A stretch of 64,000 nt of DNA from Epithemia pelagica (taxonomy: Eukaryota > Protista > Bacillariophyta). The notes under the pieces were generated by a model that was given only the letters and a program-made list of their open reading frames with translations, was not told the DNA's origin and searched no databases. The DNA lies in assembly GCA_946965045.2 (NCBI GenBank), contig OX337238.1, forward strand, positions 496,001 to 560,000, read 5' to 3'. Shown here one piece after another: positions 1 through 10,273 of this stretch. A program made the position numbers and the translations under genes. The number at the start of each line of letters is the position of its first letter. The stretch's first letter is position 1.

Positions 1-3000
1 GGAAAAGAGTGGATCCAGAAACTTGTCGGTCGTGAATTGGTCCCTCAAAACTTTGGACTCGACGGTACTTTCATGGATGAATGCGTCCTAGATGACGAGC
101 AAAAGGAATATTATGAGGGACTCACAGAGAGGGAGAGAGAGGAAGTGCAAGCCGCCTTGACAATGGTATACACACGATCGTGGAGTGGTACCTTGGTCCC
201 TCTCATTGATTCCATTCCATTCAATCGAACTTTGGCCAACGTCAAGCGTTCGGCTTCTTCCAAAAACCCCTTGTCCAAACGGAGGAGCGGTGCAAAACCA
301 TTGGTTGATTTTAAAGTGGAAGCAACTCGTGCGATTCGGCGAGGAGAACGGTTGTATCTTGCTGCACGGACAACGTCCGATACTTTTAAACTCCATGGAT
401 GGGTGGAACCCTATCCCCAACGGTGGGCGTTTGATACGGGCTACCGGGCCCGTGAACCTCCTACTCTAACCATGGACAGCGACATGAACGAAGCCGTATT
501 CGACGATGATTCCACACTTCTTTCCTTTGACCTTTTACAGGAAGGGGATGGACGCTTTGGTGTGGATTGGCGATCGGGTGATCTCAAGCAACCCAGCTTT
601 CGACATGTGAGCTGGCTCATCTCACACCGCAAACGACTGCACAAAATCAATGTGACAGAGGAGACCGCTGCTTTGGGCGACGATCCAAAAGAGCAACAAC
701 TCGCTGCTCGCTACTACAATGCCTTGCGCACAGCATTGGATCAAGCCGTTATTGCGGCACATGCGGGCTACACAGGAACCAAATTAGAGGACGAAACGTG
801 TGAAGCCTCCTCTTCTTCCATTGATAACCAAGAATGCGACAATTTATCTCAACGATACGACACTCTCGAATATCGAGTCGAACGTCTCGACTACAATCGT
901 GTGTGGATTTCAGATGTTTGCGGAGTCGAATCGTTTGATACCCCCAACAAGGAATCGGTCAACACGGTGTATCAACGAATGCAATGGAGCCATTTCGACA
1001 GCCATTTTCGGGAAGACAGTCGGGAGACATGCTTGCATTTGGATAACACCCTGCATTCCTGTTCTGCCTTCCGTCCTCATGTACACGAAACCATCATTCA
1101 TTATCCGGCAGGCTATCTGGCCGAGGTCAAACGAGTTTTATATGTTGGTGGTGGAGATTTGATCATTCTACACGAGATTCTCAAATATCCTTCTCTAGAG
1201 ATGGTCATTGGTAAGTTTCTATTGCTCTTCGTGATAATGACGATTCATTGTGTTCTCTTGCTTCTCTTCGCTGACGTCACCTCACGTTCTATCACAGGCT
1301 TGGAACTTGATCAAGCCGTGGTTCGTAGCTCGTATAGGCATTACGGTGTCCAGCCCCACTTTGACAATGAGAAAGTGCATTGGTGGTTTGGGGATGCATC
1401 TAAAAGCTTGGCAATGTTGCCTCCAGAGGAATACCATGGAACATTTGATTTGGTTGTGATCGACCTCTTGGCATATATTTTCGATGCATTGCAAGTGGGC
1501 GATGAATCCCTGGTGGACTACATGATGAGGTTTGTAAAGCCGGATGGTATTTTAGTTCGCCAGGAAGACTTTCTGGAACGACATGTCGTAGACTTCGCCA
1601 GACATGTTGTAGAGTTTGAAGTCCACGATATGCCCTACAGCTGTGTACAGTCGTTCACAATGGGAAGCAATGGAATTGACTTCTCCAAGAAGGTGCCCAT
1701 TGATCACGAAATCGAAACGATCTACTATGGTCCAATGCTGAAGAACAATACATCAATATGGTCACATATTCATTCAAACCCACCTGCTACTGTCAGCACT
1801 TGTAAGAGAAGCGCCATATCCAATGTCTCTGCCGGGTCTCAGGAACAATCAGCTTCTAGTCCTCGATATGGTGTCCTTGTTGTGATTGAAGCCGAAGATG
1901 TTTCCATATCACTGGAGGATCAGAACGTCCTGGTGACCAAAATCAAGAATAGCTTGGAGCAGATTGGTTTCAGGATCATCCACGTGATCCAGCATCTATC
2001 AAGTTGGTCCTCCGTTGTGATTTTCATGGAGGAAGGTTACGTTGTTGCACGATGCTGGCCCGAAGATGAGTACTGTGCGTTTGACCTCCAACTCTGGAAC
2101 AGCATCGATAAGAAGGAAAAATCCATTTCAGCGTTGGTATCTGCTGTTGGTGGTGATTTGACAAAGTCTACCTCATCTTTCCTTGTCCTCACGGGGGGAA
2201 TGTATGGAATCGACATGGAATCGGTGAATGAAATGGTATCGGGTCCCTTAGACGTGTGTAAAGACGAGACTACATCAGTGCAGACTCCTAATCTTGGAGA
2301 TCCGGAATATGCTATTGTGTTGTCTGAGATGATGACGTTGCAACGCAAGCTCGACCCGACGTATATAGTCGTCTGTGGTGATCAGACAAAGGAATGCACA
2401 AGCCTCGACATTGTCAAGAAGAACAGTGATTCATATGGTGTCGTTCCGCTATGGACATGTCCTTCGGTCGAGTCTGATATGATTGGTTGCGAACTCAGTA
2501 CTAGAGATACACTCCAAAATAAAATTTCGGACAAGAAGGTCAATGGCGTCATTCTCGACCCGAGTGCTCCACGTGAAATGGGACAAATTCTTCTGCATAT
2601 CGTCAACAATACAAGAATTCGATACAATCTGCTCGATGAGGAGTTCATAGTACTTGTACCGACGATTGAGGAGACCGGCAAAGCCTGGAGAGAAGCTTTG
2701 CTTGAACGATTTCGGGAAGATACTGTCATCTTCAATCCTGTTTTCCATTCTAATATCTTTTTCTTCAACGAAACAAGACAACTCGAATACCGAGTTCTGT
2801 CGGTTGGGGATACGGACTTTTACCAACATCTCATGGATGCATGGACAAAGGTCAAGGAAAGGACTCTTCTTTCCCATGACATGCGTAACACAAGAGTCGG
2901 TATGGTAGGCCATGTTCCGGATTTCAGCCCTGGCATTGTTGCCACCGATGAAGACTATGACTTAACCGACGCGTTCGAGCAGTGGCAATCGCAGCATCCA

Positions 3001-3825
3001 ATGGGACACCAAACAATATTCCAGTATGAACTTCAAAGGCCAGCAACATCGATTCCAATTGGTGCTTCCGTCTTGATAAATGATCATATCCATCCATGGG
3101 ACGGAACCTGGCTCACCGGCAAAGTACTCGATGTCGAAGACAATGGAGATTACCGCGTCTTGTTTAACGTTTCGGGTGTGGAACAGGACGTGAGTCGTCA
3201 CCTGCTTTTGGAGATTAGTGACCACTCCAGAGAATTCCCCTTAAAGTTTGCCGATTTGGTCTTGTATCGATGGATCGACTACGGACCAAAGGAAACCTGG
3301 TATCAGGGTTCCATTGTTAAAGTGAACCCAGATGGCAGCTACAAACTACAAGCGTTTGATGGGTACGGCGAACTAGTCATAATGGAACGGGGCGATATTA
3401 TTCTTCGTTCGGAAAAGCCCCAGAAACCCACGGATCTTCCACTGTTTTCCGGTGCCAATTTTTCCCAATTGATGGATGATGTGTTTGAACATCTCGACTC
3501 GGAAGATCCCGAGGAAACCGCAGTGACACGGATATCCGTTGGCGATGGGAGTGTCATTGCCAGCCCATTCGCAGGTGGTTACTTGGTCGCTTCTTGGGAT
3601 GGTAGTGCTCACATTGATGTGAATATATTTGTTGAAAATGGGAAAACGAATCCTGGCAGGAACAAAGCCGTCGATACGTTTGTAGAGAAAACGGTCAAGA
3701 GCGTATTTGCCGAAGAGGTACCAGCGCTCGTCAAAGTACAGTCGGACACACATCCTCGTGGATATGGACGAGTCGTGAATTCAAGACAAGACCTCGAGTC
3801 CATGTGGTTTGGAGATTACGTTTAA
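1..3825 (+). CDS. 5'-partial multidomain protein: SET-like C-terminal segment, spermidine/spermine-synthase-type aminopropyltransferase, degenerate AdoMetDC-like domain(s), two Tudor/Agenet-like domains; candidate long-chain polyamine synthase; one intron 1211-1297
   Basis: Frame open from base 1 (GKEWIQKLVGRELVPQN). LVPLIDS...FKVEATRAIRRGERLYL is SET-like; VKRVLYVGGGD and, after splicing, MVIGLELDQ, plus WWFGDA and FDLVVID (aminopropyltransferase); EEGYVVARCWPEDEYCAFDL (AdoMetDC-like); W..GKV..V...G.YRVLF and WYQGSIVKVNPDGSYKL (Tudor-like). Confidence 0.8.
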   Translation, partial: GKEWIQKLVGRELVPQNFGLDGTFMDECVLDDEQKEYYEGLTEREREEVQAALTMVYTRSWSGTLVPLIDSIPFNRTLANVKRSASSKNPLSKRRSGAKPLVDFKVEATRAIRRGERLYLAARTTSDTFKLHGWVEPYPQRWAFDTGYRAREPPTLTMDSDMNEAVFDDDSTLLSFDLLQEGDGRFGVDWRSGDLKQPSFRHVSWLISHRKRLHKINVTEETAALGDDPKEQQLAARYYNALRTALDQAVIAAHAGYTGTKLEDETCEASSSSIDNQECDNLSQRYDTLEYRVERLDYNRVWISDVCGVESFDTPNKESVNTVYQRMQWSHFDSHFREDSRETCLHLDNTLHSCSAFRPHVHETIIHYPAGYLAEVKRVLYVGGGDLIILHEILKYPSLEMVIGKFLLLFVIMTIHCVLLLLFADVTSRSITGLELDQAVVRSSYRHYGVQPHFDNEKVHWWFGDASKSLAMLPPEEYHGTFDLVVIDLLAYIFDALQVGDESLVDYMMRFVKPDGILVRQEDFLERHVVDFARHVVEFEVHDMPYSCVQSFTMGSNGIDFSKKVPIDHEIETIYYGPMLKNNTSIWSHIHSNPPATVSTCKRSAISNVSAGSQEQSASSPRYGVLVVIEAEDVSISLEDQNVLVTKIKNSLEQIGFRIIHVIQHLSSWSSVVIFMEEGYVVARCWPEDEYCAFDLQLWNSIDKKEKSISALVSAVGGDLTKSTSSFLVLTGGMYGIDMESVNEMVSGPLDVCKDETTSVQTPNLGDPEYAIVLSEMMTLQRKLDPTYIVVCGDQTKECTSLDIVKKNSDSYGVVPLWTCPSVESDMIGCELSTRDTLQNKISDKKVNGVILDPSAPREMGQILLHIVNNTRIRYNLLDEEFIVLVPTIEETGKAWREALLERFREDTVIFNPVFHSNIFFFNETRQLEYRVLSVGDTDFYQHLMDAWTKVKERTLLSHDMRNTRVGMVGHVPDFSPGIVATDEDYDLTDAFEQWQSQHPMGHQTIFQYELQRPATSIPIGASVLINDHIHPWDGTWLTGKVLDVEDNGDYRVLFNVSGVEQDVSRHLLLEISDHSREFPLKFADLVLYRWIDYGPKETWYQGSIVKVNPDGSYKLQAFDGYGELVIMERGDIILRSEKPQKPTDLPLFSGANFSQLMDDVFEHLDSEDPEETAVTRISVGDGSVIASPFAGGYLVASWDGSAHIDVNIFVENGKTNPGRNKAVDTFVEKTVKSVFAEEVPALVKVQSDTHPRGYGRVVNSRQDLESMWFGDYV
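1211..1297 (+). other. 87-nt stop-free, frame-preserving intron
   Basis: GTAAGT donor at 1211, CACAG acceptor ending 1297; removal restores VIG-LELDQ and deletes a 29-aa hydrophobic insertion in the SAM-binding motif. Confidence 0.85.
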
Positions 3826-4084
3826 AACTCCCAACGACGAAGATGAGTCAAGTCAGAGGAGTCAAGTCAAAGGAGATGATTGCATCGGAAGCTATAAAGT
3901 AAAAAGCCAGTAAAGTCACTCATGTCCGTTCCTCCCATCGGTCCTTCTCTTTGGCTTTCTGGTTTGTCACAAGTATTTGGTTCGTTGCAAGTTTCGGCAG
4001 TCCTTTACATTTACTGGCATATTGCTACGGTGTCTCGAGCTTGTTTGCAATCTCAAATCATTGTGGTGGCAGAGGGTTCTGTTT

Positions 4085-5599
4085 CTACCACAACCAAGTG
4101 TCATTCCAGCCCTTGCCATCTTGTTGCTGCTTGACTGCTTCCTGTACTTTGGCTCTCCATGACATGCCACAAGGAAACCATTGCCATACCCACGAGTCGT
4201 GAGGGGGGAATTGGCCGTACAAAAAGTGATATCGATACAAGAGTCCAGGAAGCAAAAAGTATTCATGGGGTCGATGTATGGAGCAGCCTTGGGCATCTGT
4301 TGGTTGGTTGTTGTTGTTGTTGCGGGTGGCCCGCATCAATCCCTTCCAATTTCGACGATACCAATCTCCTTGAAAAATGTCTACACGAGGAGCCCGTGAG
4401 GCATGCTCTTGCTGCGCAATGTGCTCCACGCCTTGAGACTCGGGTACAGTCAAGAAGAGTTGCGTGAGATTGCCCGCCATGTCACAGGGTACTAGTTGGG
4501 GATGGGAAGCTACCCAGGCCTCTCGAGACCACCGATCGGCACCCAAGACATCGCGTTGCCATTTGTACACCAAGGTACTCCAAAGTTTATTGGGTTCGTT
4601 TCGTCCAACTTGGATGGCTTGAATGAGTTGACTCATTTTTGAAGCATGCTCCGCTACGGGTAAGAGATGTTGTATATACGAACATTGCGCAGCAAAGAAA
4701 TTCCCCGGAAACATGGGGATCCACATTGGATAGAATTGGAGTCCACACACATTGCATTGCTGTTGTTCATGTAGGAGGGCGAACAAACAGGCTGGTTTCA
4801 ACACGGCAGACGTCAAAAAGTGTCGCCATTTGTGATTGTCGACATGTGCATGAAAGGTTCCCTTGGTGTGAACGTAGATGACCGTTTGGTCAGGATGGTC
4901 GACACAAAAGTTGTACAAGTGTTGCAGGGTTACTTCCTCGTGTCCCTCCCGGACATGTCCCAACGAGTGACACTCCAAATCGTGCTCGTGACAAAAGGAA
5001 TCTTTGATCCACGTACTATTAATCACTCCTTCTTCCCCAACCGATGCAAATCGCAGCTCCCAATGATGATTGTAGTCGCTTTGGTTTCTGAAAAGCGATG
5101 CCGCATGAGCAATTTGGTGTAGCTGTTCCTGTACAATGCCCATGGTCTGCTCCTTGGTGAGCACCGATCGAGCTCCACCCACATTTTGATTCTGCTTACT
5201 GGGTAATTTCTTGTTGGGATTGGCAAACATGTGATAAAAGACTGTGATTCTTCTCTGGACATTCATTTGTTCTTTAGGATTTTGACTGTCATGGCGAACT
5301 TGGTTCATTTGACTTGCTGTCGTAGCGTTCACGGATCGATTGTCGTCAGTCGGTCCGTTGCTCTTTGATTTGGAACCACCCTTGGAAGATAAACTTTCGG
5401 CATAATTCACAACCGATGCTTCGTGCCGTTTCAAATCAAGAGTCTTGGAAGAGAATGGATCGAGCGAAATCAAGAGGAAGGGAAGGCAGAGACATCCAAA
5501 TCCAACCACAACGATGATAATCAACAACACCACTTTGCAAAGACGTTGTTGTCGTCGTCCATGATGATGGTGCGGAGGGGTTTGTTGGCGCCGTAGCAT
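4085..5599 (-). CDS. Hypothetical type II membrane protein, possibly glycosyltransferase-like (YVHTKG motif)
   Basis: ORF 4085-5683; ATG at 5599 followed by basic residues and one hydrophobic helix (VVLLIIIVVVGFGCLCLPFLLISL), a low-complexity stem and a globular domain with IYVHTKGTFH...WRHFL. Confidence 0.6.
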   Translation of the reverse strand: MLRRQQTPPHHHHGRRQQRLCKVVLLIIIVVVGFGCLCLPFLLISLDPFSSKTLDLKRHEASVVNYAESLSSKGGSKSKSNGPTDDNRSVNATTASQMNQVRHDSQNPKEQMNVQRRITVFYHMFANPNKKLPSKQNQNVGGARSVLTKEQTMGIVQEQLHQIAHAASLFRNQSDYNHHWELRFASVGEEGVINSTWIKDSFCHEHDLECHSLGHVREGHEEVTLQHLYNFCVDHPDQTVIYVHTKGTFHAHVDNHKWRHFLTSAVLKPACLFALLHEQQQCNVCGLQFYPMWIPMFPGNFFAAQCSYIQHLLPVAEHASKMSQLIQAIQVGRNEPNKLWSTLVYKWQRDVLGADRWSREAWVASHPQLVPCDMAGNLTQLFLTVPESQGVEHIAQQEHASRAPRVDIFQGDWYRRNWKGLMRATRNNNNNQPTDAQGCSIHRPHEYFLLPGLLYRYHFLYGQFPPHDSWVWQWFPCGMSWRAKVQEAVKQQQDGKGWNDTWLW

Positions 5600-7099
5600 T
5601 GTCGTACAACGAGCGTGGTTGTCGCTTCTACGTAGAAAATCAACGCATGGGATAGAAGCTGTTCCGTGTTTTCTCCAGATCAATGCCGTCTTTCACCATG
5701 GTCCGCGTCGGCTCTGAGGAAATGAAAACTGGGTGAAGGAGAGGGGGTGGAGCAGGTGTAAGGTAGTGATGGTGATGGGGGGATAATGTGGGGGTAACAG
5801 TTTGTTATCCTCATCCCTAACGTGCCCACTATTTCTTATTGCTAGGATTGCTACCCCAAGAAAAGGAGAAAACCTCTCTACTAGGAGTACTAGAGGAGTA
5901 CTCCTATTCCGTGTATTCCTAGTTCCTAGCTAGAGAGAGGCGTAGCTCCACGAGTAGGTAGTACTCCTCTACTAGCTAGAGAGAGACTTTTATGTTAGGA
6001 GGAGTAGCGGTTGGTTGCTGCATCGTGTAGGATCACTCTTAGATCCGTCGCCCTAGTAGAGACTAGTGGAGGAGGAAGACGTGCTACGTGCTCTCCTCTA
6101 CAACTACCTACCTACTCCTAGAATAACGCAAAAATACAACTGCAGTAGTATTCTTCTTGACTGGGTCTCGAATCGCGTAGTATTATAGTGGATGCACGAG
6201 TATGCATCAGTCCAGTCAGTCCCATCTCCCATCAGGAGTATGTCTTCGTTCTTCGTACTTCATAGTGTGCCTCTAGCTACGAGAGTAGACATTTTAGGGG
6301 AGAGAGAGGATTTGGCCGTCGTACGTCGTATAGAGATGGCTTCAAGTACCTCGAGGGACGAGGGAAGAGGAGGAGGTTCTCCAGAACACTCGCAAAACGA
6401 TCTTGGGTCTTGGGTGGATGTGACACGAAAAGCCTTTTGCATTCCGAAACCAGCGAGCGCATTTTCACAAGCTGTTGATCATGGCTGCAATTTATGTGCC
6501 GCAGACTGCAGATTCTCTTCTCAGAAACGTCAACTATTCTCTTCGGTCTGTGTTAAAAGAGGTTAAGTCTCGTGCTTGCTTCTGCCGATGAAAAGAACGG
6601 GATTTTGAAGTGACATCTGACCCGGTGGTCGATGGACGGTGGTTGGTGGACGGTGGTGTCCAAGGTGCACCAATGAATCTGCATCTTTTGAAGCCTGTAG
6701 GGAAGCGGGTATCTCGTTGTTGTTGGCGAGGGTGACATCACGGTGCGCAGGTTGGTTCACAGTTCAGTCAGCAGGGTCAGTCAGTTCTAAGAAAGAATCT
6801 TCACCTCCGGGTTAGTTTTGACACCGAGTACTGTGCATCTTCGCAAATCTGGCAGGTCGCTCTCACATTGGAGGAAAACGGTTGTGTCCTAGACTCCTCG
6901 AATCCCAATTCCCCCATTGGGAGTTTGGGAGACAAACGGTTTGCCCCCCTCTTGAGTCCCAGATCTATGCAGTCTGACCTTCGTAGGAATTAGCCCATCT
7001 ATGTAGGTTCCGGATACGCTTCACGAGATTTGGCAATGCGATCATAGTTTTTTTCTCGTCACAAGTCGCAAGAGTCAGTTCAAATCAACAAGAATCACG

Positions 7100-7606
7100 A
7101 TGTCATCGCAAGAAGAGAACCAACGTACCAAAGATTCCAACACGACTGATAACGAGAACGAGGAGAAGAAGCACAAGGGTCGTAAAACGGGGTCGAAGAA
7201 ATGGACCCAAGAGGAGACGAATCTCCTCCTCGACATTGTAAACGTTCGCTGTCCCGAATGGAAAAAAATGTGGGAGGCCGTTGCAGCTGAATTCATCAAA
7301 CTGGCCAATAGAAAGTACAAGCGGGATTGGGAAGCCATCAAACGAAAGTTTGAGAAGATGTGCTTCGCGAAAAAGCCTACGGGCAACGCGGAGCCGCATC
7401 CTAACATCACTCGTGCGAAGGCAATCAAAGACAAGATTGCAGCCAAAGAATTCATTGGACATGCCACAAAGAATGACTCTGATGGTGAAAATGAAGACAA
7501 GAATAGTCCCAAAGCTGGGATCCAGATCCTCCAGGTTTCTGAATCCGGTCGTCCTCTCACGAAAAAGCGTAAGTCCTCCCAAATGAGTGACTTTTCCGGA
7601 TGGTGA
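7100..7606 (+). CDS. Myb/SANT-like DNA-binding protein of the Harbinger-type element (probably C-terminally truncated)
   Basis: GRKTGSKKWTQEETNLLLDIV...WEAVAAEF...RDWEAIKRKFEKM: three spaced Trp helices followed by KKPTGN..P. Confidence 0.8.
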   Translation: MSSQEENQRTKDSNTTDNENEEKKHKGRKTGSKKWTQEETNLLLDIVNVRCPEWKKMWEAVAAEFIKLANRKYKRDWEAIKRKFEKMCFAKKPTGNAEPHPNITRAKAIKDKIAAKEFIGHATKNDSDGENEDKNSPKAGIQILQVSESGRPLTKKRKSSQMSDFSGW

Positions 7607-8330
7607 CCATAGAAAGATGCAATTACGGTTCGTGTCACCTGTCCATCCGTTGTAGTCGCGGTTTTGGATTGTCGGATCAGGATCCTCCAAGGTGACAAGC
7701 TTGAGCCCATCCATCATCCCAACAACATAAAGGATGCGCACGAAAGCTGCTGTCAATGACGCTTGCTCTTCAAGATTTTCAACCGACATGTCCCAGAAAA
7801 CTCGTGCCTTGTCGTTGTCGTAGAGTGCGTTGAGGATTGCACCCAAGCCAAGATACACGCAGTTCTCGAACTGTGTCTTGGTAGCCCCAAATTGCGTTTG
7901 GAGGTTCTTGACCTCTGATCTTGACGTTAGCCATTTGATGGCCATCACTGTGATATCATACGGATCGAAACGACGTCGACGAAGATGTCGTTCCTCTGGT
8001 AAACCGCATCGTGGATCAATGCTCGTAGATGTGATTATGTCTTTCGTTAGCTCCACCAATTCGCTGATGGCCTCTCTTGAGAAAGCGGTAAAGTGGAGGA
8101 ATTCGAGGTCATCTCCATATTCCCGTATGCGGTACCAGAACGATTCTTTCTGGTGTCCGATGACTTCTCTTCGAAAGCGTCCTTGCTCTGCTCTCTCGAC
8201 TGTCTGCGCCTGTTGAGTGGCAGCAGCAGCAACAGCGGCATTCAAAAGAGCTTGGCTGTCATAGTGGTGGGCGACAGCCAAAGCAACGGCAAACCAGCTT
8301 CTTGCGGTGGGATTCGGAACGAGGTGCCAT
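7580..8330 (-). pseudogene. Harbinger-type (DDE_Tnp_4-like) transposase, frameshifted near the start and lacking its C-terminal catalytic half
   Basis: LQTQFGATKT helix-turn-helix region, VVGMMDG (first Asp), RDYNGW..NCIFLWSPSGK; then runs into the antisense strand of the Myb ORF. ATG at 8330 (MAPRSESHRKKLV) is one base out of frame with AVALAVAHHY. Confidence 0.75.
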
Positions 8331-8714
8331 GATCTTTGTGTGCGAAGATCGAAGATTTGTCTATGGGTCGGAACGAAAATTTTTGGAACTCCTTTTGGGA
8401 CGTTCGAATGCGGATCAAGGAAGAGCAGTCGAACCTCCCAAAAAGAGGCCTATGCGTCCCAGACAGGAGGCCAAATACGTCTGAACGTTCCGCCGATTTC
8501 GAGCCATCTGATTGGCTAATTTAAGGAGTCTGAGAGTCTAGGACACAAACGTTTTCCTCCATTTTCACTGGGCTCCCTGTGAAGCAAATAATGACACTCT
8601 CCGAATTAGTTTGTGAGAATCATTCTCAGTTCTCATAACATCGTCCGACCACAGGCTTTCGCCATATCTTGAATCTCCACAAATCTTTACGCTATAGCTT
8701 TCACGCTCAAGAAG

Positions 8715-9320
8715 ATGGGTGTTAATGGTGGTGCTTTATCCAAAAACTGGGTTCCAGTTGTTTCACCTGAGCGCCCAAACTCCTCGGATGTCAATCATGG
8801 GAGTTGGAGAGGATGCGGGAACACGTCCATCCTTCCCGAGTCGAGGCAAGAGGATAGTGCTCCAAAGGAATCAAAGATTGGATCGGGAGTGTACTTTCAA
8901 AACAGACAAGTGCCCAACATTCCACTACATCCTCTTGTAGTATCACAGACGTTATCACCATCCGTCATCTCGCAGGAATGCCGAATGGCACGAAGCGTCC
9001 CTGCTGGAAATCCTCTTTCACCTGCCCCTCAGCTAGGACATTTTCGGTTCATGACAAGAAAGCCTGGATCCGCTGCCAAGACCAAAGTCAGTCCAGTCAA
9101 GGCGTTGGTCAAGACCAAGCCCTGTTTGACACAGCAGAACGAGTACCGTCGTGCTATTTTGAGCCCCGAAGAAAAACTGTTTTTGGAAGCTGCTCAGTCT
9201 CTCAAGAGATCTCATGTTCCATCTGTGGATAAAATCGATGTGAGGTGGATGAGGAACAAGTCAAAGAACACCTTGCCAACACACCAAGCTCTACCGCCAC
9301 CTCCCTTCAGTTTCGTTTAA
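8715..9320 (+). CDS. Hypothetical S/P-rich protein (201 aa)
   Basis: ATG-initiated 606-nt ORF followed by an AT-rich tract; no recognisable domain. Confidence 0.35.
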   Translation: MGVNGGALSKNWVPVVSPERPNSSDVNHGSWRGCGNTSILPESRQEDSAPKESKIGSGVYFQNRQVPNIPLHPLVVSQTLSPSVISQECRMARSVPAGNPLSPAPQLGHFRFMTRKPGSAAKTKVSPVKALVKTKPCLTQQNEYRRAILSPEEKLFLEAAQSLKRSHVPSVDKIDVRWMRNKSKNTLPTHQALPPPPFSFV

Positions 9321-9492
9321 GCGGAATACTACTTCTCCTTTTGCCCGGTCTACGACTGACCGCCGAATACATAAAAAAGAATAGACAAGGTAATTGTACC
9401 TTATACATAATTTATAATGAATTTTGAAACTATTTCTCTGGAGCAGATGCACTAAAATCACTAGCTCAGCGATTCAAGCTGAACAGTTGTCA

Positions 9493-9558
9493 CGTCCGAG
9501 ATGGCAACTTCGCCTCAGAAACTGTTTCGTCCGAGATATGGCAACTAGGCCTCAGAAA
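9493..9558. repeat. Imperfect two-copy tandem repeat (~30 bp)
   Basis: CGTCCGAGATGGCAACTTCGCCTCAGAAA (9493-9521) vs CGTCCGAGATATGGCAACTAGGCCTCAGAAA (9528-9558). Confidence 0.7.
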
Positions 9559-10273
9559 TGATGTGTATTCCATCGTCTCAAATCCTAGGTAATCAAGGAT
9601 CATCCTCAGGATGTGTATTTGCACTCTGTTGTCGCCCTTCCCGATTCAGATGGAGAAAAAGGTGAAATGGTGAGGTGAATCTAATGTGTGGGGGCTTAGT
9701 TGCAGTTCAGTCTGGGGGATCAGATTGGCGGGATCCAAACAAACACTCCCCATTTTTTTATCTTTCCCCCCGGCATTGTCATTGGCGAAGAAAGACACTT
9801 ATGGGCTTGCGCGGAGTCAAACGTGTATGTGGTCAGTGATTACACCCCCCCTTCTCACTCAACGCAGAGTTGGACAAAGGTGACATGAGTCTGAACACTG
9901 ACCTCAGCACGAAAGACATGCGTCAGGGAACAACTAATGATGCTATCGAGCCTACCAGGTAAAAGAATGGAAAGCACCATGAGAGGAAGGGACATACTCC
10001 TACCTCTAGCTAGAACTCTCTCTCATCCCATCAGAGGTTTCGATCCGATCCAAAGGTCTCAGAATGGAATCCACTGAATCGTCGTAGCGTCCCCCAGTTC
10101 GTTTAGGTAGGTAGATGAGTGGGAGAGGACCGTCCACCAACTCACTGGGTGTGACCCAGTCTGGAACATTCTACTCTCTAGGTGGGTATCGTAGAACATG
10201 GGTACTGCCGCAGTACGTCTCTCCAGCAATTGTAAGCCATGTATGCATGTGGGAACGCACCAATCCCACGTCT

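Larger units (their letters stand above)
6870..8560. mobile_element. Internally deleted PIF/Harbinger-superfamily (PHIS; Pangu-like) DNA transposon, 1691 bp
   Basis: 27-bp TIRs 6870-6896 and 8534-8560 (26/27 match), ATT on both outer flanks (6867-6869, 8561-8563), convergent Myb/SANT ORF and DDE_Tnp_4-like ORF inside. Confidence 0.85.

Noticed and set aside
7103-7580. C-terminal part of the 392-aa transposase ORF
   Set aside because: It is the antisense reading of the Myb gene, not transposase sequence
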